NCBI GenBank assembly: GCA_044345055.1
Contig: JBIJBT010000004.1
Span: forward strand, 1 to 58,314
DNA: 58,314 bases
Source: Bdellovibrionota bacterium
Lineage (GTDB): Bacteria > Bdellovibrionota_C > UBA2361 > OMIW01
Direction: 5' to 3'
A program made the translations under genes and the position numbers. Below are positions 38,580 to 48,631 of this stretch, in pieces; position 1 is the stretch's first letter, and each line of letters starts with the position of its first letter. The notes under the pieces are model-generated. The model did not search any database and was not told the DNA's origin. It saw only the letters and a program-made list of their open reading frames with translations.

Positions 38580-39557
38580 ATGATTCTTTTAACAGGCGGC
38601 GCGGGCTTTATCGGCAGTAATTTTTTAAAATTACTAAATGATAAAGGGATCCGAGATATCGTAATCGCAGATAATTTGGGCAAACAGGATGGACTTGCGG
38701 GGAAGTGGCGGACACTTTTGGGCAAGCAATTTCGGGAGATAATTCCGAAAGAGACTATTATTCCTTTCATCGAACACCATCGGCGCGACCTTACAGCAGT
38801 AGTCCACCTTGGTGCTTGCTCATCGACGCAAGAGATGGACATGGACTTTCTCATGCGCAACAACGTCCAGCTCTCACAGAATATTATCCGCCTCTGCGCC
38901 GAGTTCGGCATCCGGTGCATTTACGCGAGCAGCGCAGCGACTTACGGCATTGGCGAAGCAGGTTTTGACGACGACCCCGCCCTCCTCTCCAACCTCCGCC
39001 CGATCAACCCCTACGGATTCTCCAAGCATCTCGTAGATCTATGGCTCTTCGATCAGGGGCTCCACAACTCAGTTTGTGGCCTTAAATTTTTCAACGTCTA
39101 CGGCCCGAACGAGTACCATAAGGGTAAAATGAGAAGTCGTATTCTTACCGCCTATCCCGAAGCACTAGAAACAGGTCGAATAAGGCTCTTCAAATCAACC
39201 GATCCGCTCTACCCCGATGGGGGACAACGACGTGATTTTATTTATGTCCGTGACTGCTGCGATGCTATCTGGTGGCTTATCAACAACCCCTCGATTCATG
39301 GGGTATATAATGTTGGCACCGGCTCATCAAGAACCTGGAACGATCTAGCAAACGCTATTTTTGCCGCGATGGACCTTCCGTCGGCGATTGAGTATTTCGA
39401 TATGCCCCCATCGCTGGTGCCTGGCTACCAAAATTTCACCGAGGCCACGATGACTCGACTCTTAGAAAAGGGGTGGCCAGGGGCGAAAACTTCGCTCGAA
39501 GAGGGGGTTGCGGACTATGTTCGAGGCTATCTCGCTCGCGGAATGGCGATTGCCTAG
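38580..39557 (+). CDS. rfaD: ADP-L-glycero-D-manno-heptose 6-epimerase
   Basis: TGGAGFIGSN, HLGACSST, YASSAATYG, YGFSK, FNVYGPNEYHKGKM, QRRDFIYV, YQNFTEA. Confidence 0.93.
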   Translation: MILLTGGAGFIGSNFLKLLNDKGIRDIVIADNLGKQDGLAGKWRTLLGKQFREIIPKETIIPFIEHHRRDLTAVVHLGACSSTQEMDMDFLMRNNVQLSQNIIRLCAEFGIRCIYASSAATYGIGEAGFDDDPALLSNLRPINPYGFSKHLVDLWLFDQGLHNSVCGLKFFNVYGPNEYHKGKMRSRILTAYPEALETGRIRLFKSTDPLYPDGGQRRDFIYVRDCCDAIWWLINNPSIHGVYNVGTGSSRTWNDLANAIFAAMDLPSAIEYFDMPPSLVPGYQNFTEATMTRLLEKGWPGAKTSLEEGVADYVRGYLARGMAIA

Positions 39558-39703
39558 CTCAGCATCCACCGTTTTATCATCCAAAGAGCCCAGCTACCGC
39601 TTGATTTATCAATCTCAGGCGCGTATCCTTAATGGCCGAGCGCAAGTTTTAGAGCTCGCCGGGGAGCAGCACTGCCCCTCTTTACATCGGTCAGGAAGTC
39701 ACT

Positions 39704-39865
39704 ATGAAGCGTACCTATCAACCACATACGAAAAGTCGAGCGACAACCCACGGGTTTCGCGCCCGGATGGCCACAAAAGGAGGCCGTAAGATTATTAATG
39801 CTCGGAGAGCCCGCGGCCGTAAACGAATTGTGCCAGCGGTATACCGTAAGGGCCATTATAAATAG
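39704..39865 (+). CDS. rpmH: 50S ribosomal protein L34 (absent from ORF track, 53 aa)
   Basis: Translated by hand: [53 protein letters not shown]. Confidence 0.97.
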   Translation: MKRTYQPHTKSRATTHGFRARMATKGGRKIINARRARGRKRIVPAVYRKGHYK

Positions 39866-39878
39866 GTGATCGAACCGG

Positions 39879-40382
39879 ATGACCGAACAAACGGAATCCA
39901 AGCGGTCTCGTATGATCGATTGCTCATTCCCGAAGGAAGCCCGCATTCTAAAAAGAGGCGACTTTCTTCGGGTCCAGAATACCGGTCGCCGTATCCACGG
40001 TCCGCACCTGATGGGGTTTGTTCGAACGGCCCGCGGAAGCCAGCCGCACGAATTCCCTCAACGCCGCATGCAAAACCGATCCGATAATCGGAACGACCCA
40101 CTTCCTCGTCCTCGGTTGGGCATTACGGTCACCACAAAGATCCACAAGCGTTCACACGAGCGTAATCGAATAAAACGAGCTCTTCGTGAAGCGTTTCGGC
40201 GACACCAACACACAGTAATCCGTGGCATAGAAGTCGTTGTTTCAGCACGTCCCGGATGTGTGACCTTAACAGGCCCCCAGCTTCAGCATGAGCTGTTCGA
40301 ATTACTATCTCGGGCGCGTTTAATCGGTGAACCACAAGGCTCCCCCTCACAAACTCGTCACGGTAATAGGAATGAGCAGTAG
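39879..40382 (+). CDS. rnpA: Ribonuclease P protein component
   Basis: [37 protein letters not shown]; follows rpmH. Confidence 0.93.
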   Translation: MTEQTESKRSRMIDCSFPKEARILKRGDFLRVQNTGRRIHGPHLMGFVRTARGSQPHEFPQRRMQNRSDNRNDPLPRPRLGITVTTKIHKRSHERNRIKRALREAFRRHQHTVIRGIEVVVSARPGCVTLTGPQLQHELFELLSRARLIGEPQGSPSQTRHGNRNEQ

Positions 40383-40629
40383 CGAGAAAGAGCCGCTGGA
40401 AACGCCCCGTTTTTCATCGGCTCTCTGGCTGCTGTTCAACGTTTACAAATGGACACTCTCGCCCCTCTTTGCCCTCTTCGGTGCTAGATGTCGATTCCAT
40501 CCCGAATGCTCAAGATACGCCGTCGATGCAATCGAGAGACACGGTTGGATTCGAGGAGCCGCCTACGGGCTGTGTCGTATCTTGAGATGTAATCCGCTTT
40601 TCCCGGGTGGGCCGGATCCAGTGCCTTAG
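40372..40629 (+). CDS. yidD: Membrane protein insertion efficiency factor YidD
   Basis: [32 protein letters not shown]. Confidence 0.93.
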   Translation: MSSSEKEPLETPRFSSALWLLFNVYKWTLSPLFALFGARCRFHPECSRYAVDAIERHGWIRGAAYGLCRILRCNPLFPGGPDPVP

Positions 40630-40788
40630 CGACAAAATAGTTGAACGACAAACTAGATGATTGGACACAACTAAATATCCGCAATTTTAACTCTAAGCCT
40701 ATATAAACTCTAAGCCTCACTGTACAGTTACAGGCGCAGTTTACGGAAGCCAACCACTATCGGTTTTGCCTACTCACCGGATATCACC

Positions 40789-42501
40789 ATGGAAGATAGA
40801 CGTACAGCCCTAGCGATTGTTCTAAGCCTTATCGTAGTGCTCGTGTACTCGCAGAGCCTGTTTTCGCCGCCGCCCTCTCAGCAGAGTCAACTCACGCAGC
40901 CACAATCAACTAATGGGCTATCCGGATCCGCCCCTTCTGCGATGTCTTCCTCCTCAATGCAGTCTGCACCGGCGGTTAGCGGCACTGCACAGGGAGCGCA
41001 GCAACAAGGGATTCCGACAATCGATCAGGTCAAAGCTGCCGGAATCATCACTCTTCGAACGGAAGTTCTCACCCTTGAGGTTGCGCAGCTCGGGGGACGG
41101 CTCAAGGGCGTTACTCTCAATAATTATGCAGCATCACTAGGTAGTGAAAATCGCGTAGAGCTCGTAGAAGAGGAGGCAGGATTCTCTCTTCCACTTGGCC
41201 TCTCAGCACTCGGTGATACCGACAACACCGTTGCGTATACCGTCTGGGGTATGGATGGGGTAGAGATTTCGGGAACGAACTATCGGCTCACACAACCTGA
41301 GGGAACCATCACCCTTTCCGGAACCCACCCAAATTGGGGAGAGATTAAAAAAACTATCCGTCTACGACAGCAGGGATATCTTATCGGTGTCGATGTTTCG
41401 CTAGAAAAACCTGCGGGTGCGCCGATCGCGCTCGAATGGAGCCATTACATCCCGAACGATCCTGCGAAAGCTCGTCAGGACCCGTGGCAGTTCACCCTTG
41501 TTACCCCAGATGGCGATCTCTCTCGCGTAGCTCCCGACAAGGTGGCGTTAGGATCGACGAACAAAGGAGCACTAAAATGGGCTGCTCTTGGCGATCGTTA
41601 CTTTGAAACCGCACTTGTAGCTCAGGATACAACTACCTCATTTGAGCTTGGACATGTGGGAAATACCCTGAGTGTAAGAGCAAGCGGCTCGCCGCAGATG
41701 GGTAAGTTTCTACTTTATTCTGGACCAAAAGATCAGGGGATGTTGAAGGAGACAGGATTTGATCTTCATCGCTCTATAGATCTTGGCTTTTTCACCTTTT
41801 TAGCAGACCCTCTGCTTAAACTTCTCCGATTCTTCAACACTCTTTTCGACAATTATGGGTTGGCGATTATTTTGTTGACTCTAGTCCTTAAGATCGCTTT
41901 TTATCCACTCACCGCTGTCAGTTTCAAATCGATGCAGAAAATGCAGGAGATTCAGCCGGAGATGGAAAGGCTGCGGGCCAAGCACAAAGATGCTACCGAG
42001 CTTAATCAGGCGGTTATGGAGCTTTACAAAAAGAGAGGTGTTAATCCTCTCGGTGGATGTTTTCCGGTTCTCATCCAGATACCGGTATTTCTCGGTCTTT
42101 ACAACGCTCTTTTGCAATCGATAGAGCTTCGACATCAGCCCTTTGCTTTCTGGGTAAACGACCTTTCATCGCCGGAAAAACTAGTCCTATTCGGCATACC
42201 AATTCCCCTAATGATTATTATCATGGGGATAACTATGGTCTGGCAACAGTGGACGACACCAACCACTGGCGACCCGCAACAGAAAAAAATCATGATGCTT
42301 ATGCCGGTCATTTTCACCGGTATGTTCATCGTTTTTCCGATGCCGGCCGGGCTTGTCTTATACTGGCTTGTTAACAACATCATGAGCATTACTCAACAGC
42401 TGTATCTGAGAAACGCTCACGGAACCCATCCATTTGTCGCAACGATCATAACGAGTGTTGTGCTATTTGTGTCGGGATTTATCGCTGTTCTGACTACATA
42501 G
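40789..42501 (+). CDS. yidC: Membrane protein insertase YidC
   Basis: N-terminal TM, periplasmic domain, YSGPK, NYGLAIILLT, NPLGGCFP, PAGLVLYW, QQ. Confidence 0.96.
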   Translation: MEDRRTALAIVLSLIVVLVYSQSLFSPPPSQQSQLTQPQSTNGLSGSAPSAMSSSSMQSAPAVSGTAQGAQQQGIPTIDQVKAAGIITLRTEVLTLEVAQLGGRLKGVTLNNYAASLGSENRVELVEEEAGFSLPLGLSALGDTDNTVAYTVWGMDGVEISGTNYRLTQPEGTITLSGTHPNWGEIKKTIRLRQQGYLIGVDVSLEKPAGAPIALEWSHYIPNDPAKARQDPWQFTLVTPDGDLSRVAPDKVALGSTNKGALKWAALGDRYFETALVAQDTTTSFELGHVGNTLSVRASGSPQMGKFLLYSGPKDQGMLKETGFDLHRSIDLGFFTFLADPLLKLLRFFNTLFDNYGLAIILLTLVLKIAFYPLTAVSFKSMQKMQEIQPEMERLRAKHKDATELNQAVMELYKKRGVNPLGGCFPVLIQIPVFLGLYNALLQSIELRHQPFAFWVNDLSSPEKLVLFGIPIPLMIIIMGITMVWQQWTTPTTGDPQQKKIMMLMPVIFTGMFIVFPMPAGLVLYWLVNNIMSITQQLYLRNAHGTHPFVATIITSVVLFVSGFIAVLTT

Positions 42502-42539
42502 TTTGACTGTATAACTTGACTGTGTGAGGAGAGAAAAAG

Positions 42540-43928
42540 GTGGTACAAAAACATTCCGCAACTATTGCTGCGTGTGCCACCTCAAATGCTCCAGCGGGAG
42601 TCGCAATAATCCGTATAAGCGGTCCTGACACCAAAGGCGCATTAAGAGCCCTTTTTAAGTCACGTATCGATCCTATAAAGCACCCTCGAACAGTAGTCGT
42701 TGGTGAGGTATTAGATAGTACAACGAAGGAGACGCTCGACCGTTCTATAGTCTTTTTCATGCCCTCACCCGGGAGCTTTACAGGCGAAGATGTTGCTGAA
42801 ATTCAATGTCACGGCAGTCCGCTTCTCGTTCGCAAAATCCTCCGTTCGCTCTACAGCTACGGAGTAGCGCCCGCGCATCCCGGTGAGTTCACAAAACGGG
42901 CGTTCCTTAATGGCAAACTCGACCTCGTTCAAGCTGAAGCGATAGGCGACCTTATATCGGCCTCAACGGAACAGGCGCTTAAACTCGCCGCTGAGCAGCT
43001 CAATGGAAGACTCAGCGGTACAATATCTTCAATTGGTACTCCACTGCGAGATGCCCTCGCGGAGCTTGAAGCATCGATCGATTTTCCTGAGGAGGATATT
43101 AATCCAGCTTCTGAGCGGCGCATCGTTGCTGAAATCGAAAAGACCGGCAAAGAGATTGAAAAACTAATTAATTCCTATGCGTACGGCCAGGTCGTCAAAG
43201 AGGGATTTCGGGTGCTTCTGGCAGGCCCGCCGAACGCCGGCAAATCTAGCCTTCTGAATCTTTTTGTCGGTCATCAGAGGGCGATCGTAACCCCTATTTC
43301 GGGAACAACGCGTGACCTGCTCGAGGAAGAGGTTACTCTCGATGGTTTGCGATTTGTGTTTTGCGATTCTGCGGGACTTCGAGAAACGACTGATACAGTT
43401 GAGCAGGTCGGTATCGAGCTCGCAAAAAGCCGCGTTCCGTGGGCAGATCTAGTGCTCTTTATAATTGATGGCGGGGATACCGATGCGGCGTGGCAGCTCG
43501 CGGCAAGTCATCTCAGGGGATTGGCGAGACGGGTGTGGCTCGTAGTCAATAAGGTTGATATCGCCCCCGATGCATTTTCAACCGTTACTATTGAACCAAC
43601 TCTTTTTAGTCAGAGGTTTTTCCTTTCCGCGAAAACAGAGAGCGGATTCTCTGCTCTTCAGGAGGCGCTCGTTGAAGAGGTACGGAACGCCGCAATCGCA
43701 GCAGAGGGAGGAAGCACCACCATTACCAATGAACGTCATCGGCTTGCTCTAATAAGCGCTCACGATGCGATTCATCGAGCGGGAGAAGCACATCGCGCTG
43801 GCCAACCAACCGAGATAGTTTCTCTTGAGCTCCGACACGCCCTTACATCACTCGATGAAATCGTTGGAGTCACTTCAACCGAGGATATACTGGGTAGGAT
43901 CTTCTCCAAATTCTGTATAGGAAAATAG
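42540..43928 (+). CDS. mnmE: tRNA modification GTPase MnmE
   Basis: SFTGEDVAEIQCHG, GEFTKRAFLNGK, GPPNAGKSS, GTTRD, DSAGLR, NKVD, FSKFCIGK. Confidence 0.97.
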   Translation: MVQKHSATIAACATSNAPAGVAIIRISGPDTKGALRALFKSRIDPIKHPRTVVVGEVLDSTTKETLDRSIVFFMPSPGSFTGEDVAEIQCHGSPLLVRKILRSLYSYGVAPAHPGEFTKRAFLNGKLDLVQAEAIGDLISASTEQALKLAAEQLNGRLSGTISSIGTPLRDALAELEASIDFPEEDINPASERRIVAEIEKTGKEIEKLINSYAYGQVVKEGFRVLLAGPPNAGKSSLLNLFVGHQRAIVTPISGTTRDLLEEEVTLDGLRFVFCDSAGLRETTDTVEQVGIELAKSRVPWADLVLFIIDGGDTDAAWQLAASHLRGLARRVWLVVNKVDIAPDAFSTVTIEPTLFSQRFFLSAKTESGFSALQEALVEEVRNAAIAAEGGSTTITNERHRLALISAHDAIHRAGEAHRAGQPTEIVSLELRHALTSLDEIVGVTSTEDILGRIFSKFCIGK

Positions 43929-44075
43929 TCTCAAGAGTGGTAGTCCTACAGACTAAGCTAGCAGCTTGGTGAAAAATGATTTTCTGTTGCGCGTTCTTAC
44001 CATTCTGCTATTGATAGTCCCCCGTTGCGCCACCCAGCGCGGAAAAGACAAACCTCATCTGTTTCAGAGACCTTC

Positions 44076-45365
44076 ATGCTCTTCCCAAAGCTGCGCAATC
44101 ATATCGATGTCACAATTCATACGGAAGGCCAAGGAGCAGAGAAGGAATCATTTTTAGTCTTTCGCTGCCCGTTTGGCATAATCAAGCCGGTTGTTTTTAA
44201 CGCAACTATTGCGCCAATAATCTCGCGATTCAACGGAGAAGTATCGGTCGACGATATCGCTGCGACACTTGCGCCGATGGGAGCAACTCGGCAGCTCGTG
44301 GCTGATGTTGCGCAGCTATGCGACGAAAATCTCCTTCTCGAATCTTCTCGCTTCTTCGAACAGCGACACGCAATCCTTGAGGCGTTTCGTCTTGATCCAA
44401 TTCGGCGCGCCGCTCATGCTGGCGCCGCATATCCCGCAGAGAGAGAGGAACTCGAGGCGTTAGTTAACTCCTACCTGAACCTCGGCGAATCCTCCGGCAC
44501 GCAATCACTCGCCACACAATCAACAACACCCCCACCGTTGTGCGCCCTCATGGTACCTCACATCGATTTTCGTCGAGGAGGAACGACTTATGGGATCGGA
44601 TATTCTGCTCTCAAAAACTCTCAACCCAACGTTGTCATTCTGCTAGGTACCGCGCACCAGGCATCTCCTCACCTTTTCCACCTGACAACAAAAGATTTCG
44701 CCCTTCCCTTTCGAACCTTCCGAAACGATGCCGCATCTACGGCGCTTCTTGCCCATCACTACGGTGCTGAGCGGAGCTTTGTTGATGAATTTCTCCACAA
44801 GCATGAGCATTCGCTCGAACTTCAGCTGCCATTCCTGCACGCGAGTATCGCCGCGACCCCAACAATCGTTCCGGTATTAGTCGGAAGCTTTTATCCATTC
44901 ATTCGAGAGCAAAGATTGCCGAGCGAATCAGAACCGTATCAAACATTCTTGGGAGCGCTAGTTGAGCTTTGTCGCACGATCGCGGCTCGGGGAGAGTCGT
45001 TCCTCCTCCTTGCGGGTGTCGACATGGCGCATAGAGGCATGGCTTTTGGCGATCCGGCTCCTTTGACACCTGCAGATCTAGAGGCCATTAAACTTCGCGA
45101 TTCACAATATCTCAGCCATATCGCCGCGCGAGATCCAAGAGCACTATTTGCCCATATCGTCGAGGATCAGGATGCAGGAAGAATGTGCGGCTTTCCGACC
45201 ATGTACCTCCTGCTCGACCTCCTAAATACTCTTCAGCTTGGCGGTTCCCCAAACCTTCTCGATTATCAGCTAACCTTTGACCCCTCATCAGATACCTGTG
45301 TCACCTTCGGCGCAGCATCTTTTCCTAGTAATACCAACAGCTTAAGCGTTAACATCGTTTCCTGA
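44076..45365 (+). CDS. MEMO1-family (AmmeMemoRadiSam protein B) with N-terminal PqqD-like domain
   Basis: AAHAGAAYP, PHIDF, GTAH, EHSLELQLPFL, DMAHRG, CG motifs; N-terminal winged-helix-like segment. Confidence 0.85.
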   Translation: MLFPKLRNHIDVTIHTEGQGAEKESFLVFRCPFGIIKPVVFNATIAPIISRFNGEVSVDDIAATLAPMGATRQLVADVAQLCDENLLLESSRFFEQRHAILEAFRLDPIRRAAHAGAAYPAEREELEALVNSYLNLGESSGTQSLATQSTTPPPLCALMVPHIDFRRGGTTYGIGYSALKNSQPNVVILLGTAHQASPHLFHLTTKDFALPFRTFRNDAASTALLAHHYGAERSFVDEFLHKHEHSLELQLPFLHASIAATPTIVPVLVGSFYPFIREQRLPSESEPYQTFLGALVELCRTIAARGESFLLLAGVDMAHRGMAFGDPAPLTPADLEAIKLRDSQYLSHIAARDPRALFAHIVEDQDAGRMCGFPTMYLLLDLLNTLQLGGSPNLLDYQLTFDPSSDTCVTFGAASFPSNTNSLSVNIVS

Positions 45366-45501
45366 TTATGATGTGAGGTTAGATAGACCTAACATTTGGA
45401 AAAAACATTTTATTTTGTTCGGGAGAACTTGAACCATTTCCTCACTCCGGTACGATAAGGGGTTACAATAACCGTGTTTACTTTGCTGGGGGGCGGTACA
45501 A

Positions 45502-45819
45502 ATGGAAGGGGGAGAGCAAAATTTCTTTGAACAGATGGGTTTAGAGGTTACATCTGGTGAGGTTGAGGTAGGAAAGACCTACCCGATTTATGGAATGATT
45601 ACGAAAATCATCAGCGAAGAGCCCGGCAACGTAATCGTCGAGCTAAACTTCCACATTCGCGCCTCGATGGCGATTCCAGAATCTGAAAAGGTTAATCTCA
45701 TCAAACAGCGAGCCTTTGAGCCGGGAATATTTGTCTCCACGATAGTCGAAAAAGAGGAGACGATTCGAGTAAAGTGCTCGACAGTAGTGTTCGGTAAAAG
45801 AACAAGTTTTGATGCTTAA
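45502..45819 (+). CDS. Small hypothetical protein, S1/OB-fold-like
   Basis: GGGGG SD; VEVGKTYPIYGMITKI resembles the first strands of an S1 domain. Confidence 0.6.
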   Translation: MEGGEQNFFEQMGLEVTSGEVEVGKTYPIYGMITKIISEEPGNVIVELNFHIRASMAIPESEKVNLIKQRAFEPGIFVSTIVEKEETIRVKCSTVVFGKRTSFDA

Positions 45820-46128
45820 AGCAACACTCGATTACAGCGGGGAGAGATAAGTTCTCCCCTAGAATCTATTATAATTCCTCCTCTCAAAAGTTCATTTGAC
45901 TCGTTACCCTCTCTGTTATACCGTCCCGCTGAGAGAGAACTTTCGACATCTCGGTGTTGTTAGCACCTATCATCTTAAGAAAATTTCCAATTTTCGGGGT
46001 AGGCGACAATCGTTGTTAGTAGGTTACGAGCGGTCATAGTTCGAACTCTTTTTCGAAATCCCCCCTTTTTGTAGTGTTGAGTTTTTCAAAAACTCTGCAC
46101 ACCCTTTCTCTTGTCCGTAGGTGCACTT

Positions 46129-47751
46129 ATGACCAAGCCAACCCCTTCTCTACCCCAGGTTGCGTATTTCTGCATGGAGTTTGGACTCGATACAACCTTT
46201 GCATCTTATTCCGGCGGGCTCGGTATCCTTGCGGGAGACCACCTCAAGGCAGCGCATGACGCAAAGGTTCCATTAGTAGGAATCGGTATTCGGTGGAAGC
46301 AGGGATATCACGAACAAGCTATCGATGAAGATGGTCGGCCATACGATTCCTATCGATCGCGCATGTATCCTTTTCTCGAGGATACAGGCATCGTTGTTAC
46401 CGTTCCTATCCGAAAAAATATCGTTCACTGCAAGGTGTGGAAGGTCGATTGCTTTGGTAACGCTCCGCTATACCTGCTCGATACCGATGTTCCAGAGAAT
46501 GGCAATAGGTGGATCACCGGGCAGCTCTATGGGTGGTTCGGGGAAGAGCGAGTGGCTCAGGAACTCGTTCTAGGAGTCGGCGGAGTAAAGGCGCTCGAAG
46601 CGCTCGGCATCAAGCCAGATGTGTATCATTTCAATGAAGGTCATGCCGCCCTTGCTGGTTTAGAGCTTATCCGTCAGGAGATGGAAAAGGGAGTGCCATT
46701 CCACCAGGCATGGCGATCGACACGAGAAAAAATTGTTTTCACCACTCACACCCCTGTTGAAGCAGGGAACGAAACTCATTCCCATGAGCTGCTCGAGTAT
46801 ATGGGGGGGCAATTAGGTCTCACTATTCAGCAGATGCACGAAATCGGTGGAACACCTTTCAACATGACCGTTGCAGGTCTGCGGCTCTGTCGAGGAGCAA
46901 ACGCCGTGGCGCAGCTTCACGGAGAAACCGCGTGTGAAATGTGGAAACCGGTCAACAATCGCCCTGAAATTATTGCTATCACGAACGGAGTTCATAATCC
47001 AACTTGGCAGGCTCCAGAGATCGTATCTGCGCTTCCTAATAAGGAACAGGTATGGGATGCTCACCAGGCACTTAAAATAAAGACGATTAATTTTATCGCA
47101 GAACGTTCGGGAGTGAAGCTCGACCCAGAGGCTCTCCTGATCGGCTTTTCTCGCCGCGCGGCGACTTATAAGCGCAGTGATCTGATATTTGCTGACGAGT
47201 CCGTTATCGCGCCATTGTTGCGGGATCGAAAGGTTCAGATTGTTTTCTCCGGGAAAGCTCATCCGCTCGATGAGGGTGGAAAAGCAATTATTCACACCCT
47301 TGTTAAGATGATGAAACAATACCCAGAAAGTGTCGTATTCCTCGTGAATTACGACATGGAGATCGGAGCATTGTTGACGCGAGGCTGTGACGTTTGGCTG
47401 AACAATCCACGCAGACCGATGGAGGCATGTGGCACCTCTGGGATGAAAGCAGCGATGAACGGGGTGCTAAATCTTAGCATTCTTGATGGATGGTGGCCCG
47501 AGGCTTGTGAGCACGGGGTGAACGGTTGGCAGATAAGCGATGAAGTTGTGCCTGCTACTACTGAAGAGCAGGATAAAAGAGACGCCGCTTCACTTTATTC
47601 GGTTTTAACGAAAAGTGTTATCCCGACCTACTACGATGATCGCGCGAAGTGGAAACAGATGATGATCAAAAGCATCGAATCCACTCAGGATGCATTCTCG
47701 GCTGATCGCATGATTCGTGAATACTATGAGCGACTATATGTGAAAGGATAG
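46129..47751 (+). CDS. glgP: Alpha-glucan (glycogen) phosphorylase, compact form
   Basis: YSGGLGILAGD, HFNEGH, FTTHTP, ITNGVH, RRAATYKR, EACGTSGMKAAMNG, LDGWW. Confidence 0.95.
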   Translation: MTKPTPSLPQVAYFCMEFGLDTTFASYSGGLGILAGDHLKAAHDAKVPLVGIGIRWKQGYHEQAIDEDGRPYDSYRSRMYPFLEDTGIVVTVPIRKNIVHCKVWKVDCFGNAPLYLLDTDVPENGNRWITGQLYGWFGEERVAQELVLGVGGVKALEALGIKPDVYHFNEGHAALAGLELIRQEMEKGVPFHQAWRSTREKIVFTTHTPVEAGNETHSHELLEYMGGQLGLTIQQMHEIGGTPFNMTVAGLRLCRGANAVAQLHGETACEMWKPVNNRPEIIAITNGVHNPTWQAPEIVSALPNKEQVWDAHQALKIKTINFIAERSGVKLDPEALLIGFSRRAATYKRSDLIFADESVIAPLLRDRKVQIVFSGKAHPLDEGGKAIIHTLVKMMKQYPESVVFLVNYDMEIGALLTRGCDVWLNNPRRPMEACGTSGMKAAMNGVLNLSILDGWWPEACEHGVNGWQISDEVVPATTEEQDKRDAASLYSVLTKSVIPTYYDDRAKWKQMMIKSIESTQDAFSADRMIREYYERLYVKG

Positions 47752-47857
47752 CGCTGAAATGGGTTATCACTGGAGTAGTTTCTAGTGATAACCCTCAAAC
47801 AACTCCTTGGTAAGAAGGGGTAGCGCAACTATAAGAGCAAACAAAAGACGATTGATC

Positions 47858-48487
47858 ATGGCTCAAGAAGCGGCAACTCCCTCACCCTCTCTCACCAGCG
47901 AAATCTGGTCCTTCACAAAATCTATTGCTCTGATATTTGGGATTGCCATCATAATCCGAGGAGTTGCTCTCGAAGCCTTTTTTATTCCGTCAAGCTCGAT
48001 GGAGCCAACACTCCAGATAAACGACCGGATTTTTGTTGCTAAGTTTTGGTATGGTTTACGCCTACCCTTTCGCAGAACGACTCTCGTTCCTTTTCGGAAT
48101 CCAAATCGTCATGATGTCGTGGTTTTTTATCGTAATGACGATCCACAAACTGTAGAGAACGAAGCAAAAGATGCGATCATCAAGAGGGTAGTGGGTCTTC
48201 CGGGTGATACAGTAGAAGTTCGTGGAACCTCTGTGTTCATAAATGGCGCTGCTCTCGATGAGCCGTTTGCGCGGTGGGCCGAAGGAGGCCGAATAACGGG
48301 AGGCGATTTTGGACCCGAAGTCGTACCGGAAGGAAAGATTTTCCTCCTTGGTGACAATAGGGATCACTCAAAAGATTCCCGATTTTGGGAAGACTCCCAC
48401 TATCTCCCAATACAAAATGTCGTCGGACGCGCATTCGTTATCTTTTGGTCGACTTATGACTTTTGGCGGATCGGAACTCTGTTGTGA
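47858..48487 (+). CDS. lepB: Signal peptidase I
   Basis: IPSSSMEPTL, IKRVVGLPGD, GDNRDHSKDSRFW. Confidence 0.95.
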   Translation: MAQEAATPSPSLTSEIWSFTKSIALIFGIAIIIRGVALEAFFIPSSSMEPTLQINDRIFVAKFWYGLRLPFRRTTLVPFRNPNRHDVVVFYRNDDPQTVENEAKDAIIKRVVGLPGDTVEVRGTSVFINGAALDEPFARWAEGGRITGGDFGPEVVPEGKIFLLGDNRDHSKDSRFWEDSHYLPIQNVVGRAFVIFWSTYDFWRIGTLL

Positions 48488-48631
48488 TCGGCCTCCAAAA
48501 AACTCGGCCTTAAGAAAAGCGTGACTCATCCTCGTTTGGATTAGCACGACCTATAAGGACCAGAAGTGCTCGCCTTACTCTTAGAGACTGCTCTTACTTC
48601 GTATTATAACATAAGTCTCCAACACTCTTTC

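Noticed and set aside
39558..39703. oriC upstream of rpmH
   Set aside because: Short spacer, no dnaA, and no recognisable DnaA boxes or AT-rich unwinding element.
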